Origin: Trichoplax adhaerens
Lineage: Eukaryota; Animalia; Placozoa
DNA: 64,000 nucleotides
NCBI RefSeq assembly: GCF_000150275.1
Contig: NW_002060978.1
Location: 124,001-188,000 of the forward strand
Direction of reading: 5' to 3'
Below are positions 1-14,830 of this stretch, one piece after another. Every line of letters begins with the position of its first letter. The first letter of the stretch is position 1. A program made the translations under genes and the position numbers. A model generated the notes under the pieces. It saw nothing but the letters and a program-made list of their open reading frames with translations, was not told the DNA's origin and did not search any database.

Positions 1-835
1 TCGGTGTTGACTAATTTATCTTTGTTCATTATTGCTAGACTTATCTTCTATATTATCAATCTAATTTCTACAATAACCGATAGTTGCTATTTTACTTTTG
101 CATGAGTAATATGTGCAATTTTCTGCTTTAGAAAGATATTTATTGTGTAGAGATCTCTGGTATATAGGCTTTCAGTCGGTACTTTAGTGTCATATTGATC
201 GTTATCAAGTAATTCAAATTTTATTATTAAAAAATACAAACCGATTTTTAATATCACTATAATCGACGAAAACGAATTTTATTTGCGTGCTAGAGTTTGG
301 TCTCGACATTAATTTCAATATTTTATCATAGAACTATTCTAAATTAAAAATGCTTTGGGTAGCTTGTTGAAGATAATTTCCCGACTAGACTGCTTATCGA
401 TTAAGTAGCAGTATAATCCATCAACCATTTAGTTTTCTTGTAATTTGTTGGTGAAATTATCATCTCTGAAGAATTTATTCACATCATTAATTTCTTGACA
501 ATCTACATCTTTCAATATTTTATTTAGCATAATCCCGAAAAGTTCCATCTGTTACTTCATACCGTCTTGGCTAAGATTTTCTGTCTAATCGTAATTGCAG
601 TATTGTTATCATCAAGCGACATTGCCAATTTGCTTCCAATCATCGAGATCATAAACTGTATCACACTGCTTTTACTGGAATTTAATTTACTGTTCCTTTG
701 TGAAAAAAGTAATTGCCTATCTAAAATAATTAAGATAACTTGATATCTTGCTCAAAGTCATATTCAATATATTACTACATAAACCACCAAATAGCATTGA
801 TTAGAACTGAAACTACGGATTTAGAAAGTAATAAC

Positions 836-2062
836 ATGAATGAAAGCCGGAACCCCAACATTTTCATCAATGAAACACTATCTGCTAATGTTCTTCCAAT
901 ATTGCAGGCATGTTATGCTACTACAGCCTTTCTAGCTGTTACTAGTAATGCCTTAATCTGCTTTCTTCTTGGTCGTCGGAAAAAAATAATGCGTCAATCA
1001 TCCAATAAATTTATCTTTGGTTTGTCAGTCAGTGGTTTAATTGAAGCTTGCATCTTATTTTTAATGCCTTCCTTTATTATTCCAATCGCAGATTACATCC
1101 TTCCAAAAGGATTAGCTGGAGATATATTCTGTCGACTGATATCATCGGAATATCTGCTTCATGTACCATGCTATCTATCAGTGCAGATGATTGCCTCCAT
1201 GGGTATTGAACGTTGGTATGCTGTCGTTAAACCAACTAAATACAAAAGAGTCTTTAGTAGACGCAATACATCTACGTTATTATTTACCCTGGTGGCTCTA
1301 TCCTTTGCTTGGCCAGTCGATTATATCTTACGTGACTCTCATATATCAAATCAATCGAAGTTATACAGCCCATGCCAAATAATTGCTAGACCAATTGATT
1401 TCATGCTATTCTTTATTTTGGAGACTTTCCGTCTCTATCTCCCCTTAATGATAACCATATTCTGTTATGTCGATATTTCTCGACGCACGGGTAAAACCAA
1501 CAGTTTATCTTCGCTAAAAGTCCGTGGCCCGGGTGCAGACTGGATCATGATTCGCAGGAATATTAAAGCAGTAATCAGAAGAAAATTAACTTATATGGCA
1601 TTTATCTCATTTATCGTTTTTGTTGTATGTTGGCTACCTCGCTTAGTATATCAAGTTCTAATTATATTTAAATTGGTCTCACTTAGTGATTACTATATCA
1701 TGAAGCGCGTAGTATTATTGCCAATCGTCTTTAATGCCTTTCTAAATCCCGTCATCTATGCATCTACCAATGATACCATTAGGAAACAGTTAGGTCTGAA
1801 GACATCCTTACGATATCCACGAGTCCGCCAACCAACACATCTACCTATCATCGGTAGTGGTATATTTGGCTTAGGAAATCGTCGTGGATCTATGGCGCCT
1901 CTCTTTAGTCCACAATCACTCGGACGTTTCTCGATTTCGCGTCGTAAGAGACGAATTGACATCATGGAAGCTTTAGATTCTGAAACAAGTACTGTGACTG
2001 CACCTAAATCCAACGATGAGGGAACTACATTAACGCGGATTATTGAAGTAACACCTAATTAA
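836..2062 (+). CDS. Intronless rhodopsin-like (class A) GPCR, orphan, about 408 aa
   Basis: Single ORF; first ATG at 836 (the ORF track start at 740 is TTG). Seven hydrophobic segments, N-terminal sequons NES and NET, TM3 Cys (IFCRL), ERW at the DRY position, FVVCWLP (CWxP) and NPVIY (NPxxY). Confidence 0.93.
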   Translation: MNESRNPNIFINETLSANVLPILQACYATTAFLAVTSNALICFLLGRRKKIMRQSSNKFIFGLSVSGLIEACILFLMPSFIIPIADYILPKGLAGDIFCRLISSEYLLHVPCYLSVQMIASMGIERWYAVVKPTKYKRVFSRRNTSTLLFTLVALSFAWPVDYILRDSHISNQSKLYSPCQIIARPIDFMLFFILETFRLYLPLMITIFCYVDISRRTGKTNSLSSLKVRGPGADWIMIRRNIKAVIRRKLTYMAFISFIVFVVCWLPRLVYQVLIIFKLVSLSDYYIMKRVVLLPIVFNAFLNPVIYASTNDTIRKQLGLKTSLRYPRVRQPTHLPIIGSGIFGLGNRRGSMAPLFSPQSLGRFSISRRKRRIDIMEALDSETSTVTAPKSNDEGTTLTRIIEVTPN

Positions 2063-5000
2063 GAATTCACCCCAATCTAAGAATTTTTATTTTGTTTTAG
2101 CAAGCAAAGAATTGATGGTGATATAATGGCTCCATTCTGCAATTATTCAATTCACTAAGTGCCTGATCTAAGCTGAGCAAGTACTAGTTCAAGAATATCG
2201 AAACGAATGAGTCGATGATCATATTGATGACTACATTCAGGAATGAATCTGTACCTTGAATCTATACTATCATTTTAGACTGTTCTGTATCTGACAAACA
2301 GCTTAAATATTGAATAAATTCTGTTTCAAATTCATCTAAAGTCATCATCCAGCGATGTCCTTCCTACAGAAATTGAAAGTAGTACTAAATTTTATGAACT
2401 AGTGAGAGTCCTCTTTAATAAAAGTTACATTTTGGCAACTGGGATAATCATTTTTATTAAAATTTCAGTTAACAATTACATCTAACATTAGAAGTCGACA
2501 TCAAAGTGCAAAGACTGTACAAGACATGAAATGGATAAACGTGTATTTATAAAAATATTTAAATTAGTGAATAATTGAAGAAATTCGTCGGGAAACTGAA
2601 TAGGCTGTTATCAAATTGAGGTAACTTTTGGGCGCAAAATATTGCGCAGCGTTGAGTCTAATCCGCGAAGATAGTGTTGCAAGTTCAAAATAGTTTTGAG
2701 TCACTTTTGGAGAGATATTTAGCGATGTAAGACTGTACTAAACTAATATTAACTTACTAAGATATTATGTGAAACAATTTTGCAATTACCTGATCTTTTC
2801 TGATGTCTTCATTATGGCATATCCGCGCTATACAAAATGATTGCAATGTAAATATTGCCATTGAAACTTAAACTAACTGTCATCCTACCTAACTCTTAGC
2901 ATGTAATCTAGCAAAGATACTTATACATTCAAGTCTACAATAGTTCAATTGGTAGAAAAAGTTTTTTCTAACAGCAAGATTGAGAAGGAAGAGTGGAAAG
3001 ACTTCTTAAAAATCTACGCGATCCTTCATCTTGGGAATGGAGTAATCTGTTTTTAGCAGAGCAGTTTTCCAACCACTACTTTATGATAATTTTACGATAA
3101 TTATCATTGATTCAATACATGTTTGTTAGCTTTTTATCTTGAATAATTTAGAGATTTTAAGCTGTTTTGTAAACAATATATAAAAATTTTCCCATTCATC
3201 ACAGCACACCCAGGAAATAGTCTCTTAGCTTAATAAATTGCATGCAAATATTACAGTCGACATCCACTGGCCACTAGTTTACTGGTATCCGGCAGTTTAA
3301 TACTCATTATATTATGTACTATTAACGTACTTAAACATGATATTCTATACTATTCCATACTATGACTTATAATGAAATTACTGTTAGCTATATCTTGCAT
3401 ATTTTGTATATGATTTCCTTCGTAACATGATCACGTAGCAGATTATCATTTTTCTATCTAAAATCATCATAGCTTGCTTATGTGTTTATTCTTTAATATC
3501 TACATTTAAGGTTTAAAATACGATATTTAAATTACTGCTAATGACTTTTAAATAAAAATATAGATTATTACCTGTATGGGCTAATTACCTTTCTATTCCA
3601 GAAGAGCGCATATTAAGTCTGCAAGTTATAGCGGATACAATTTAAGACTCTTCTTTATGTTTCTAGATTGTAACTATAGAAAGTATAAATTGAGTGAGAC
3701 AATCTTTGTGAAAAAGATCGTGTTGAAAACTTTTAGAATTACTGATTTGCGTTAGCAGGAAATATCACAATCGGATCTAGAATCTACAATAAAATCTATT
3801 TCATATCTAATATATTGTAACTGTAAGTTTTCTATAGTTATAGATAAAGATTTTATCACCATTTACAGATACAGTTTCGTAATTAAGCACAAGAAAAATT
3901 AAAGACTCCATAATAGCAATGGAATAAATGATCTCTAATTCTAATATCAAAACTACAAGTCTAAAAGTTGATCACGATTATTTCCGAGTCTTTGACATAA
4001 TCATCTAGACTGCCATATGTTCATGCGAAGCTTGAAGATGTCAACTTTATCGAATAAATGGTACCGCTTATAGAATCTAAATTACATGCCTATCAATAAT
4101 CGTGTGTAGCATTAGTAAGAAATCTGTAATATGTAGATAAGGTAAAATTGAGATTTTAATTGGTCCTCCTTAACTAGCACACAACATCGTGAAGCGTGAA
4201 TTATCAACTTAATCGTTTAGGCCTTAAATTTTAGATGCAAGACGCAAGAATAAAATTTTATGAAATAGAAATATCATTAATTACGGTTGATTTCAATATC
4301 AAAATCAGAAGTTTAGGTAGTGGTCATAAAGCTTGGTTATCGTCCTTAAATAGCTCGATTTTAATGGTTAAAGGTATATGTAAAAATTAAATTTGTTAAA
4401 CCTGGTAAATTACAGCTGCTCTTAAAATTAAAAGGAAAAGGTTAATTAACGATCGTGAAGCATGGTTATTGTTTAGGCTTGTCAGTGTTAATATAGTGTA
4501 TAAGAAATTAGACTTGCAGTAATTGAATAAATTATAAATGCATTGAAAGGCGGAATTACAATTCTAATTGATAATCATGCAGCTGGGCTATTATACTAAT
4601 TTTAAAGTGTTAAGTAATTTGTAAAAAGTTAAACTTTTACAATTGAGCTTGATTAATTACAGTAGAATTTCTTTCATATGTGGAAAATTAAAGCGGAAAA
4701 GGCCATCATGCCGAATTATAACACAAGTGCTAAGACTGGATTATTACTTCCAAGTTCTAATATCCATAATGGTGCAAAGGTAAATAGACGTCTATATATG
4801 CTGTATGTGCTAATTTTGCTCCTATTTCTCGGTCATAACATTTAAAGCTTATTCGTGCAGGTGCAATATCGTCAAAGTGGCTCATTAACTACTTCAAAAT
4901 GAATGTAATAGATATGGCAGGATTGGGATTCCAATTTTTAATAGTTAGATACTATATATTCAGAGCCTGCTTGTTACAACTTCCAAATTTTGTAACAAGT

Positions 5001-5399
5001 ACTAGATCTGCAATCAGCAAAGAGACCCAGTAATTAAGTTGAAGAACTAACTTTATTGTTAAAATGAAGAGTTTATATACTTTCTTTATTCTGACCTTTG
5101 ATCTACTGACGTAGATCACAAGATCATCACTAACAGAAAGGTTTCCCTAGTTTAGTCATTACAAATAGACTATCATGCCAAGTATGGCAACATGAGAATA
5201 CATATATAGATAACCTTAATATAGTACCATAACTACATCTATATACGCCTGACGTGATATTTTAACCATATATAGAAAGAAGGTAACATACTAATTATGT
5301 AACTATTACAGAACGTGACACTATATCGAAATATGAAGTTTAATAGTCTTGAAGTTAGATTATTGTGTCAATCATCGACGTTGATGTAGTTAGAACGTG

Positions 5400-6120
5400 T
5401 AGCAAAAGCCTCTATTCATGATTGTATAGACGTATTCATGTAGAATCAATTAGGTCTAAACAGGTCGTGAACTTTGATAAGAGAATAAAAGAGCGAATTC
5501 TACATTTAATCATAACCTGTCCCTAATTACGATGGTAGCAATCTATCTGTACAAGTGCTACTAGATCGGTATGAATGGTTACTTACCTTAAAAGCAAATA
5601 TAAACGAGAAATTTCTATGGTTATTGTCTTGCTTTTATAAGAAAGTTTATACACGTAATTTTCAGACATGCCCATTCAGATATTATTAGCTCGAAATAGG
5701 TCATAAAGTTCTTTGCAAAAGTATATGAACGAAAAGATTCTACGGCTATTAGTGTAATATTATACAAGATTCCTATTCATAGAATTTCAGACGTACCTGT
5801 ATAAATGCGATGAGGTCAAAATTGGTCATACAGTACTTTAAAAACGAATATAAACGACCCAATATAGTTAATGCTGTATCTACTATAGTTAAAAGTTCCT
5901 AGCTATAGTGTTTTAGCTATTTCTATGCAAATACTATTAGGTCGAAATAAATATTGAACTTTGATAAGGGGTAATACTGAACTAATAAATTGGAAATAAT
6001 CTGTAGATATTCATGCCAAGTCTACTTATAATGTTTTAGATATGCAAATGCTGTAATGTTAAAATAGGTCAAGGAGTGCTTTGTAAGTGGAGATCTTTAA
6101 AGGATATCTGAATTCAAGGT
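5400..6120. repeat. Degenerate tandem array, ~120-130 bp unit, ~6 copies
   Basis: Recurrent ...aaataggtc..gaactttg(a)taa.. and aatataaacga motifs at roughly 120-130 bp spacing. Confidence 0.55.
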
Positions 6121-9100
6121 ATTTAAAATCTAACTGTAAAATGCAGAAGTAGAATAAATAATAGCTCTTATTTATCTGGAAGTCACTCCTACTTAGTTGA
6201 TTAAAAGTCATAAAGCCAGCAATCATCCCTATCTAGTGACTTAATAGTTATAAACGCTAATGCCATCCATGAAAGTTACATTAATAAATTGAAATCGAAT
6301 GAGTATGAACAGTATTTATTTCAGATTGACAAGCTACTGATCGTGAAACTGGGATTATAGACATAGAGACATCCTATGAACTATAATAGAATTCACGCTG
6401 AGGAAAATAATGACATTACGTAATGTTAGTATTCAATTGTTGATGAAATTCGAAATTATAGGAGTACTTACTACCAGTAAAGCTACTTTTGACATGGTTA
6501 TAATCAAATTATTCCTAAATTTAATAAAATATAGGCCGCAGAGACTTTATTTCGTTACTTAAATCATAAAAAGAACAAAAAATGATCGGGCTGATGCTTT
6601 CATTAGTACGCTGATAATAAATTGTAACTCAAAATCATTCATGCATACGGATATGGGATAAAGAAATTAACTATTAATTCATATTAATAATATTATATCT
6701 TATACTTTATAGAAACTATATACCAACTGACAGTTGCTATTTATACGCCGATGAAAATCCCAGTCAAGAAGGCGTATATGGCGACGGATATTGTCTCTTA
6801 ATAGCCGCCATGAATTCTAATCTATTGTAAAAATGCAGTGCGAAAATTTTCGCTTAATGAATTTGCTTGGTGATGGATTTACAGTTAGGCATATAAAGAT
6901 ATTAATGTGGGAAAATATTACTATTTTGCGCAGTATTAGCTCGTCATTTTAGAAAAATGGATTTAAATCAGTCTTGACAGTTTCATCTATTCATAGCCCA
7001 ACATTTCGGGGGTAATTTGATTAATTAAAGTCAAGTTTACCACAGTAGTAACCTTTCTACGAAAGAGTCTTTATCTGAAATACATACACTGTACATCATG
7101 ATGTACTGTAGCTAATCTGGAGCAATTCTAGAAATTCACCTCTTCATATCCATTCTCTTGTTATTTACTCATGTAATTGATCATTGCCCAGTTATTATTT
7201 AATTTAAGGTATTTTCTATTCTTGCAAGACTCATTATATTTCAGGCTTTAAGTCAATTTTTCATATTAGTATTAGAATAGAAAGCCTATCCTAAACAATA
7301 GTCTAGGTGATGCATTTCTTTAATCGAATTTTAAAGTCTATTTTGTTCTAATACATTGTTACTCTCATAAAAATGCTGACTTAGTTGCGTAAATATGACG
7401 TTGATATGAATTTAAAAATAGAATTACTTCGAAGTCGCTTCATAATTTTAATCATATTGTTTTATTAGTAATTGAAAGTATAGATTGAATTAAATGAAAT
7501 TTAAGCCATTTAGTTACGGTAAAATGAATAAGGTTGTGTAGTAAAGTTATTAAGATCTGTTGTTTTCTAATAGAGAATTATTCTAAGTACAGATACACCA
7601 GTTATATTGTAGACGATAGTATAATATATCACACATAAAATTGATTCGAGGTCATTTCATAACTAGGTGTAACTATATTTTTAATCCCAACCAAACTATG
7701 CCGAAAGGATACTAATATGAAAACACCTATTCCAGTTATAATTAGTATATATGTTATACAGTAGGATTCCCTAATTGAGAATTCAGGTTTATATATTCTG
7801 CTATAGAAATGTTTCATCAAGATACTAAAATAAAGGACGCAACTTAAAAGAGCTTATACATAAGTAAGGAGAATAGAAGATTCTCTTGTCGAATTTTAAT
7901 GATTAAGATATTTACTTCACTTAATAACTATATTTTATCGGTATATCGTTCTGGGAGATACAAATTAGAGCGTAAATTAATTGATTCCACAAATGCAACT
8001 GAAGCAAAGTTAGTTACTACCTTTAATTTGACTATTCGAGGTATTTTTAAATGGCGGAAATTTAACAAAATGATTATAAAATTACCTGAGGTTGCTATAA
8101 GTACAGTTAGTTAGATCAGAGACTACAAAGGGAGAAAACTTAACAGTCCATGGTGAGATCCTATAGCGATACGGTACTCAATGCCAATAATAGAAGTAGT
8201 CCGTTTAGAAGTGGCTAATGATTCCTTGATCAACATTGAGCAGCAGCTATAAGCAAGTTCCATTTCTTCATCGAACAAGTTCGTCCATGGCGCTAATTAT
8301 GTTTTTAAAGTTACTGATATTTCAATTTTTATTTTAATATTCTGTGCTCAATATAAATTTATCAAAATTTAAATATAGCATCGATGTTTACATAAAGTGT
8401 ACATTAGCTAAAGTACAATATTCCTACGCTATCGTTTATAGTAGTAAAATATCTTACTTATCATACTCCATGTAAATGAACTCTTATTATACTATTAATT
8501 TGGTACATGCCTATCCTTGCAATAACTGTAACTCAAATTTATTTAATTATTCTTCAATTTTTTTTGGATAAAAAGCAAGGAAAACATAGTAGATTAAAAG
8601 CTAATAAATTCAAACTGATAATTTTCTGCTTTTATTTTGATATAACACTTTAATATTAGAATATGGTAAGTCAACCTTTTATTGTAGGTATTATTGGTAT
8701 CTTATAAGAAATTTTGCAATATACATGCAGCCTTCAATGGCTGTTATAAGTATCCGTAGTATTTCAGCTCTTCTGTGATTTATTGATGCACCGGATGTGA
8801 TACACATCCGTTGCATTTTAATAAGCTGTTTAGACGAAAAATGAGAGGAGCATCCGTAATTAAGCTTTAAAGCGATATTTGTAAATTTTTATTTTTAAAT
8901 AGCGTACTAATTTTTAACATTCGATAATTTTTATTCATAGGCTACCGCATGCACATCAACACCGGTAGTATTTCTAGTGTTTTTTAGTCCGGCTTTGGTT
9001 TATTTCTCAAGCTGTATAAATATCTATCGTAGACCAAAAACTACATGGACGAAAAGCAAGGACTACACATTGGATTAAAAGCAAGATTGTTTTATCTTTC

Positions 9101-12100
9101 TGTTTATGATATGAATAATAGGCCTAAAAAATATTTATGATGATTACTACTACAAAGTCCGATATTTACCAATGAAGTCGGGAGAATGTGTGTTGTACTC
9201 TTCAAATTATTGAGACACAATAACTTTATTTCATATTAATTCGTACTAAAGAAAATTACTACTTGCTTACAATTGATGCCCTTATTGAAGTAATATATTA
9301 AATTTTTATTGCTTATCGGTGTCGAAAATAGCCGCAGCTGGGGAAACGGGGAATTTAAAGGCTTAAGTACTCTTATCGATCAAAGTTGGCAAATCTTAAT
9401 ACTACCACTCACGTAGGATTGTTTACTATTGCTTGAGGATTGAAATTATTGTTGAGGTTCACGATGATTTTCAATTAGTTGACTCCAAAATAGTTACAAA
9501 TACTTAAATAAATTGTCAACAAATGTGAATTCATATTTGAAATAAAGTTGCCTGGCTGACTTTATCCCTATTTCTAGAGCATGCTATAATCGTAACGTGA
9601 AAATTGTTCAGTTGTGTTCAATTTTTTCTACTTAGCTTAATATTGTTTTATTTCAGTTCACAGTTTCTGTTTAAAAAGCAATCGCTTTTGTTTCTAAAAG
9701 TTACTAAGGATGGTTTGTGCTGAAAGAGACTTGGAAAGAGAATTCGTACGTAAATAGCCGAAAACTTTGTAATTATATTTTATGGGAATTCCTTTAAAGT
9801 CAATATTTTGGTTATTCTCTGTGCTTGTAAAGACAATCTGTACAAGATAGCTTATGTTGGCTCAAAAATACGAGAAATTATCCATAAATAATGAAATCCT
9901 TGAACTTTGTGATTGGATAGATTGGAAAAAAAATCATTATCATTCTAATTTTGAATATATTTTGACTTTTGACACATTTTCTTGATGACTTTAATAATCA
10001 TTTTCAAATATATTTTCATTAATTCCTCAAAATATTAAGACATTAGAGATCATAACATTGATTTCCACTTCCATGACGACTGTATATCCTTAATTCTCCA
10101 TTTTCATTTTTTTTTACCTAAATTTGTTTGTTGACTGTCAATTCTCTCGCGTTTAGCCCCGTTTTATTAGTAAACAAGATTCATTACTTTACGATGGTTA
10201 TTGTTATAATTCTAAGATTTCTTATATCAGATTTTTCTACTTAGTCTAAGGTCTAAGGTCTTGGTAGATAAAAGTTACTTCCAATTGTATTATTAATATA
10301 TAGCGTATACTTTCTTACCTAAAGATATCCATGTCAACGGCTAATTACTGTTTATCTTACAACTGAGTAGCAAGAAATAACACCATGTTGTTTAAATCAT
10401 TCCTTTATCTCATAGTGCACTTTGAAAAATTGTATCCCATACGTAGTTTATGGCAAGATCATTATGAATGAGTCTTACGTGAAATATCGACTTATTTATA
10501 TAAACTATCTTTATTTTGATATACCTAAATCACAAATTGGTAGCAGAATTACTCGCATAAGAGTTCATAAACATGATAAGTTATGAATTCCTTAAATAAA
10601 CAGAATATAGCCGGTTGCCTGGGATTATAACTTTATTTTTTACCAATAGTTTCTGACAATGACGATGATAAATTATTTTACCATTAAATCCATTTATTAA
10701 AAATGTTTTATTTTCAACATTACTTGAAGTACTAGCAATATTAGACGATAGTTTATAATATCGTAGGACAATTTATCCATAATTTAAGCAGTAAATTCAC
10801 AAGATGATTATTAGTTTTATCAATTCTTCTCTTAGAAAGTATTAAAATTATTCACGGTTGTATAAGTAACTGTGTCAGCCGACGGTTGATGGCCAAGTAT
10901 AATTAATGGTTTATTTTTAATAACAGTTCCTTAATTGAAATCTAGATTACTTTCAGCTTAGTGAGTATTGATTGCATAAGATTGGAATATATTTACTAGT
11001 AAAAGAACTACTTAAGTGGTTTACGTTAATTTTCAGCTTTCCTATTACAATTGGAATTTGGCGTGTTGCTACTGTTGATCAAAGTAGACTTGATTCAATC
11101 TAAGATGTTTGTAGTAGAATTAGGTTGCCAGAGATTTCTTTCGCTATATTATAGCAGCGCTTGACAAGGATTATATTTATTACAAATATGAACATTTAGC
11201 ATGACTTCCACCTCCTCAAATTTTACTTCTGCTAAGACTAGGATTTCGATGAGCATCTATCTATTATACATTTTTTAATAGTTACATGATCGATTGCTGT
11301 TATATTTTGGTAGTTTTACCATTTGTTAGAAGGAATTTTAAGCATTTCAGAATACATATCACAAGGTAGTAAGGCTAATTATATCTAAATAGGTTGCACT
11401 TGAACATATTGATCATTAAAGGGAAACTTAATTATGACATCATCGTTATCTTCTATCGGCTTATAGAATTGATTTTTTAACAGTCTGTTGTTATTTACAT
11501 AACAGCATAATTAATTGGAAGAGAGAGACTACACACCTAATTACAACGACCTAAGTTAATTGTATAAAAATGGAGAAATTGCAGTACTTAAGCGTTTTCA
11601 TCTTTAGTCTAGTTAGAATCAGGTTAAACTTATATAACATATGTAGATTATTCATATCATTTCTAAAGTTTAGTTATTGATATTTTAACCCTTTTTTATT
11701 ATAGATATATAAGCATAAACAATTCCAAGAGGTGAAACATGACGCCCAATTACAATATCGTTAATTTTATTATACCATGGATTGGGAAAGTCGCTAAATT
11801 TATTCATCTTTACGAAAGTAAGTATATGCGTCATAATTGGTTCTCCTTAACTTTAAATATTGACATTTTGACTGTTTTGTTGTTATGGATATGCCAACAT
11901 AAACAACTCTATGAGGTAGATAGCAATATGCTATTTCAAAATAGTTTAATTTCTGTTGTCAAAAATTCAAGTTCTTAACTATGTTTATCTTCATTCTAGG
12001 ATTGGACTTTAATTATGCATTTTGATTATAATTGATCTTTGATTAAATGTTCTTATTATATTTTAACCATTTTGTCCATCTAGAAATGTAATCTTAAACA

Positions 12101-13559
12101 ATTTCAAAAGGCGGACAAATAGCAATGTTTACTTTGAAAAAGCAGCTAACTTGAGTATATATATATATATATGCAGATGCAAAGTGCCTAATCTTCTTTT
12201 TTTTATACGGTTGCAAATTAGAATTGCAATAAGAGTATCCATTTTTATAGATATTCTGATGTCTAGACATGACTGGATAAACATGATGCTAAAAGCAGAA
12301 TGTACACTTGACAATGTCATTAGGTTAGATGACATTCAAATGTCTGTTTTTTAACTCAATGAGTCGGTCTTGTGTAGAAATACAGCAAAATATTATGATG
12401 CCAAATGTCGTAATAGTGATTAAGGCTAGTTCTTATAATGTAGAATAACTCAACCGTAAAATTGATTATAATAAATATCGGATAGTAATAAATCGAAACA
12501 AATCAGCTTTTTTGATGAGAAAGGAGATTATGGTAGGATAAGTTATCCTTCAGTTCGAGATCTTTCGTGGGTGCCCACACTGTTAATATTCTATTCTATT
12601 AAATTTTATTTTAATGTAATAAATGAACCTTGTTTAATCTTATAAAGACAGTACAGTTGTAGACAGGCAAAAATGTAGTTGTAGTACTCATTATTTACCT
12701 TACAGTTGTAAATAAAAATGGGAAGGATTGAGACAGAACCTTATGATTTACTTGATACTTATTTCAAGACAAACTGCCCACACTGTCGCCATCCTCTTAA
12801 CTTAGTTAAATATATCCAATTCAACTGATAATATGAAGATCATCATGATAATTTAAGGCAAAAATATAATAGGGCTCAATCATTTCTCAAACTATTGTAA
12901 CTAAATAGGACAAGGATTTTCCTGAAGCGTTGACGGTGTAGCATAAATTCAGTTCAACATTTTTATGCTACCATTTTAAGTCAATTTACTACGAATATCC
13001 CAGATGCTCTGATTATCCTATAAGGTTTAAGTTTCTTTATTGAGTGATACTGAGAATTGAATTCTATTTTTATTACGAAATAGTTGTATATAGGAATGTT
13101 TACAATTACATCGATTCTATACAAAGTATTATCGTATAAATTATTTTTATGGTAATATTATTTTATCTATTTCCTGGTTGTCTGGTACTGCTTAAAGTAA
13201 TCTGTTCCTTGATTATTTGATGCTAATGAAACTGCTCTTAAGTAGTACTAAGAATATGTCACGAAATCCTTTCAGTTATAATGCATCATATTGAATTAAG
13301 TTTATCCAATATCCTATGTATTATCCGTAAAGCAATTTATCTATTCTCGATAGAAATTTAGGCTCTTTTTATATATTCTAACTTGCTGCTAGCCTTTCTA
13401 TGAATTGTAAAATTTTCTCAAATCAATTTAGTATTTATTGATTTAATATTAATTTAAAAAATTCTAGTTCTACAATGAGCTCTTACGCAATTTACCCTGA
13501 GATATTTTAAAATTTTTTAATCTACATGGCTTTTAATCTTGCTGTACTTTATTTGTGAG

Positions 13560-14830
13560 CGCAATATGTTTCCGATATATGTCAAGTTTATCTACGAGAT
13601 CTAAAGCATCTAGAGTCAATTTAACTTGCAAATTGCGATCTTATCTCTACTATAAAATATTTCTCCCCGTAATAAGCTACTGTATGAATTAAAGCTGCTC
13701 CCAAAATTTGAAATTGAGGTAAGTTAATATTTTCAGATTGTATCTATGAATTGCAATTTAGGTCTGCTACGAAAATGTTTCAAGTACGATATGCTTCTTT
13801 CTGAATCAGTTTTGCTAGAAATACAGAATACATTAAAGTAATTCAAATATATCACGGTTAAAAAATTAATTCTCCACTGTAAGATATCAGTGTTATTAGT
13901 ATGCTTTTATTGGATCAAGTTTACTCAATAGTTTATAAATTGAAGTAAGATAATATTTTCTCAATAAAAATAAATCCTAATTCGTGTTCTGGCACAAAAT
14001 AATTGTATGTGCATTATGCTACAATATAAATTAAGTCTACTCTATAAATTTTTAATTGATATAATTTAATATTTTGGAATTAAATATAAATTCTAATCGT
14101 ATTTCTATTCTTAGAATGATTCTGTTCGGATCACGTCTGTCTAGAAAAATTGAAATGAAGCAAATTACCCAACAGCTTATAAACTGAGGATATTTAATAG
14201 TTCCAGATTCAATATAATTCAAATCACTTTCTGCTTTGCTATATTTCTACCCATAGTATTCTTTTATTTGAAGCAAGTCTACACAACATATTATAAATTG
14301 AAGCAGCTCAATATTTTCCAACTAAATGTAAATTATAGTCGAATTTCTTCTGTGCAATAATTATACCCATAATATACTTTTAATTCGAATTAAATCAACT
14401 CAGCAACTTATAAATTGAGGTAAGGTTTATGATTTCTAACGAAATATAAATTTTTATCCTATTTCTGCTGAGTAATACTTCTATCTATGGTATGGATCTG
14501 TTTAAAGGAAAATTTATGATACCGTTTATAAAATAAAGCAACGTAATGTTTTTCGATTACATACTCGCATGGTATAAATACAATTCCTATCTATACCATG
14601 AAATATTGATATTCTCAAGAAACTAGTATTTAAAGTAAATCTGCTTAATAGCTTGTAAATCCAGGCAAATTTATATTTCTTCATTCAATGTAAATCTCAA
14701 TTCGATCTCTAATATTCAATATTTATAACCATTACAAATATGTGTATACCTACTGTCACCTGAATTGAATCTACTTGAAGAATTATAAATTGCAGCTATA
14801 TAATATTTCAAAGTTTCAATATTTCAAATA
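13560..14830. repeat. Degenerate tandem array, ~115-125 bp unit
   Basis: Core ttataaattga(g/a)g..taatattttc recurs near 13710, 13935, 14180, 14290, 14410, 14530, 14655 and 14785. Confidence 0.7.

Noticed and set aside
740-835. N-terminal 32 aa of the GPCR ORF
   Set aside because: It starts at TTG. The ATG at 836 gives a typical short glycosylated N-terminus.
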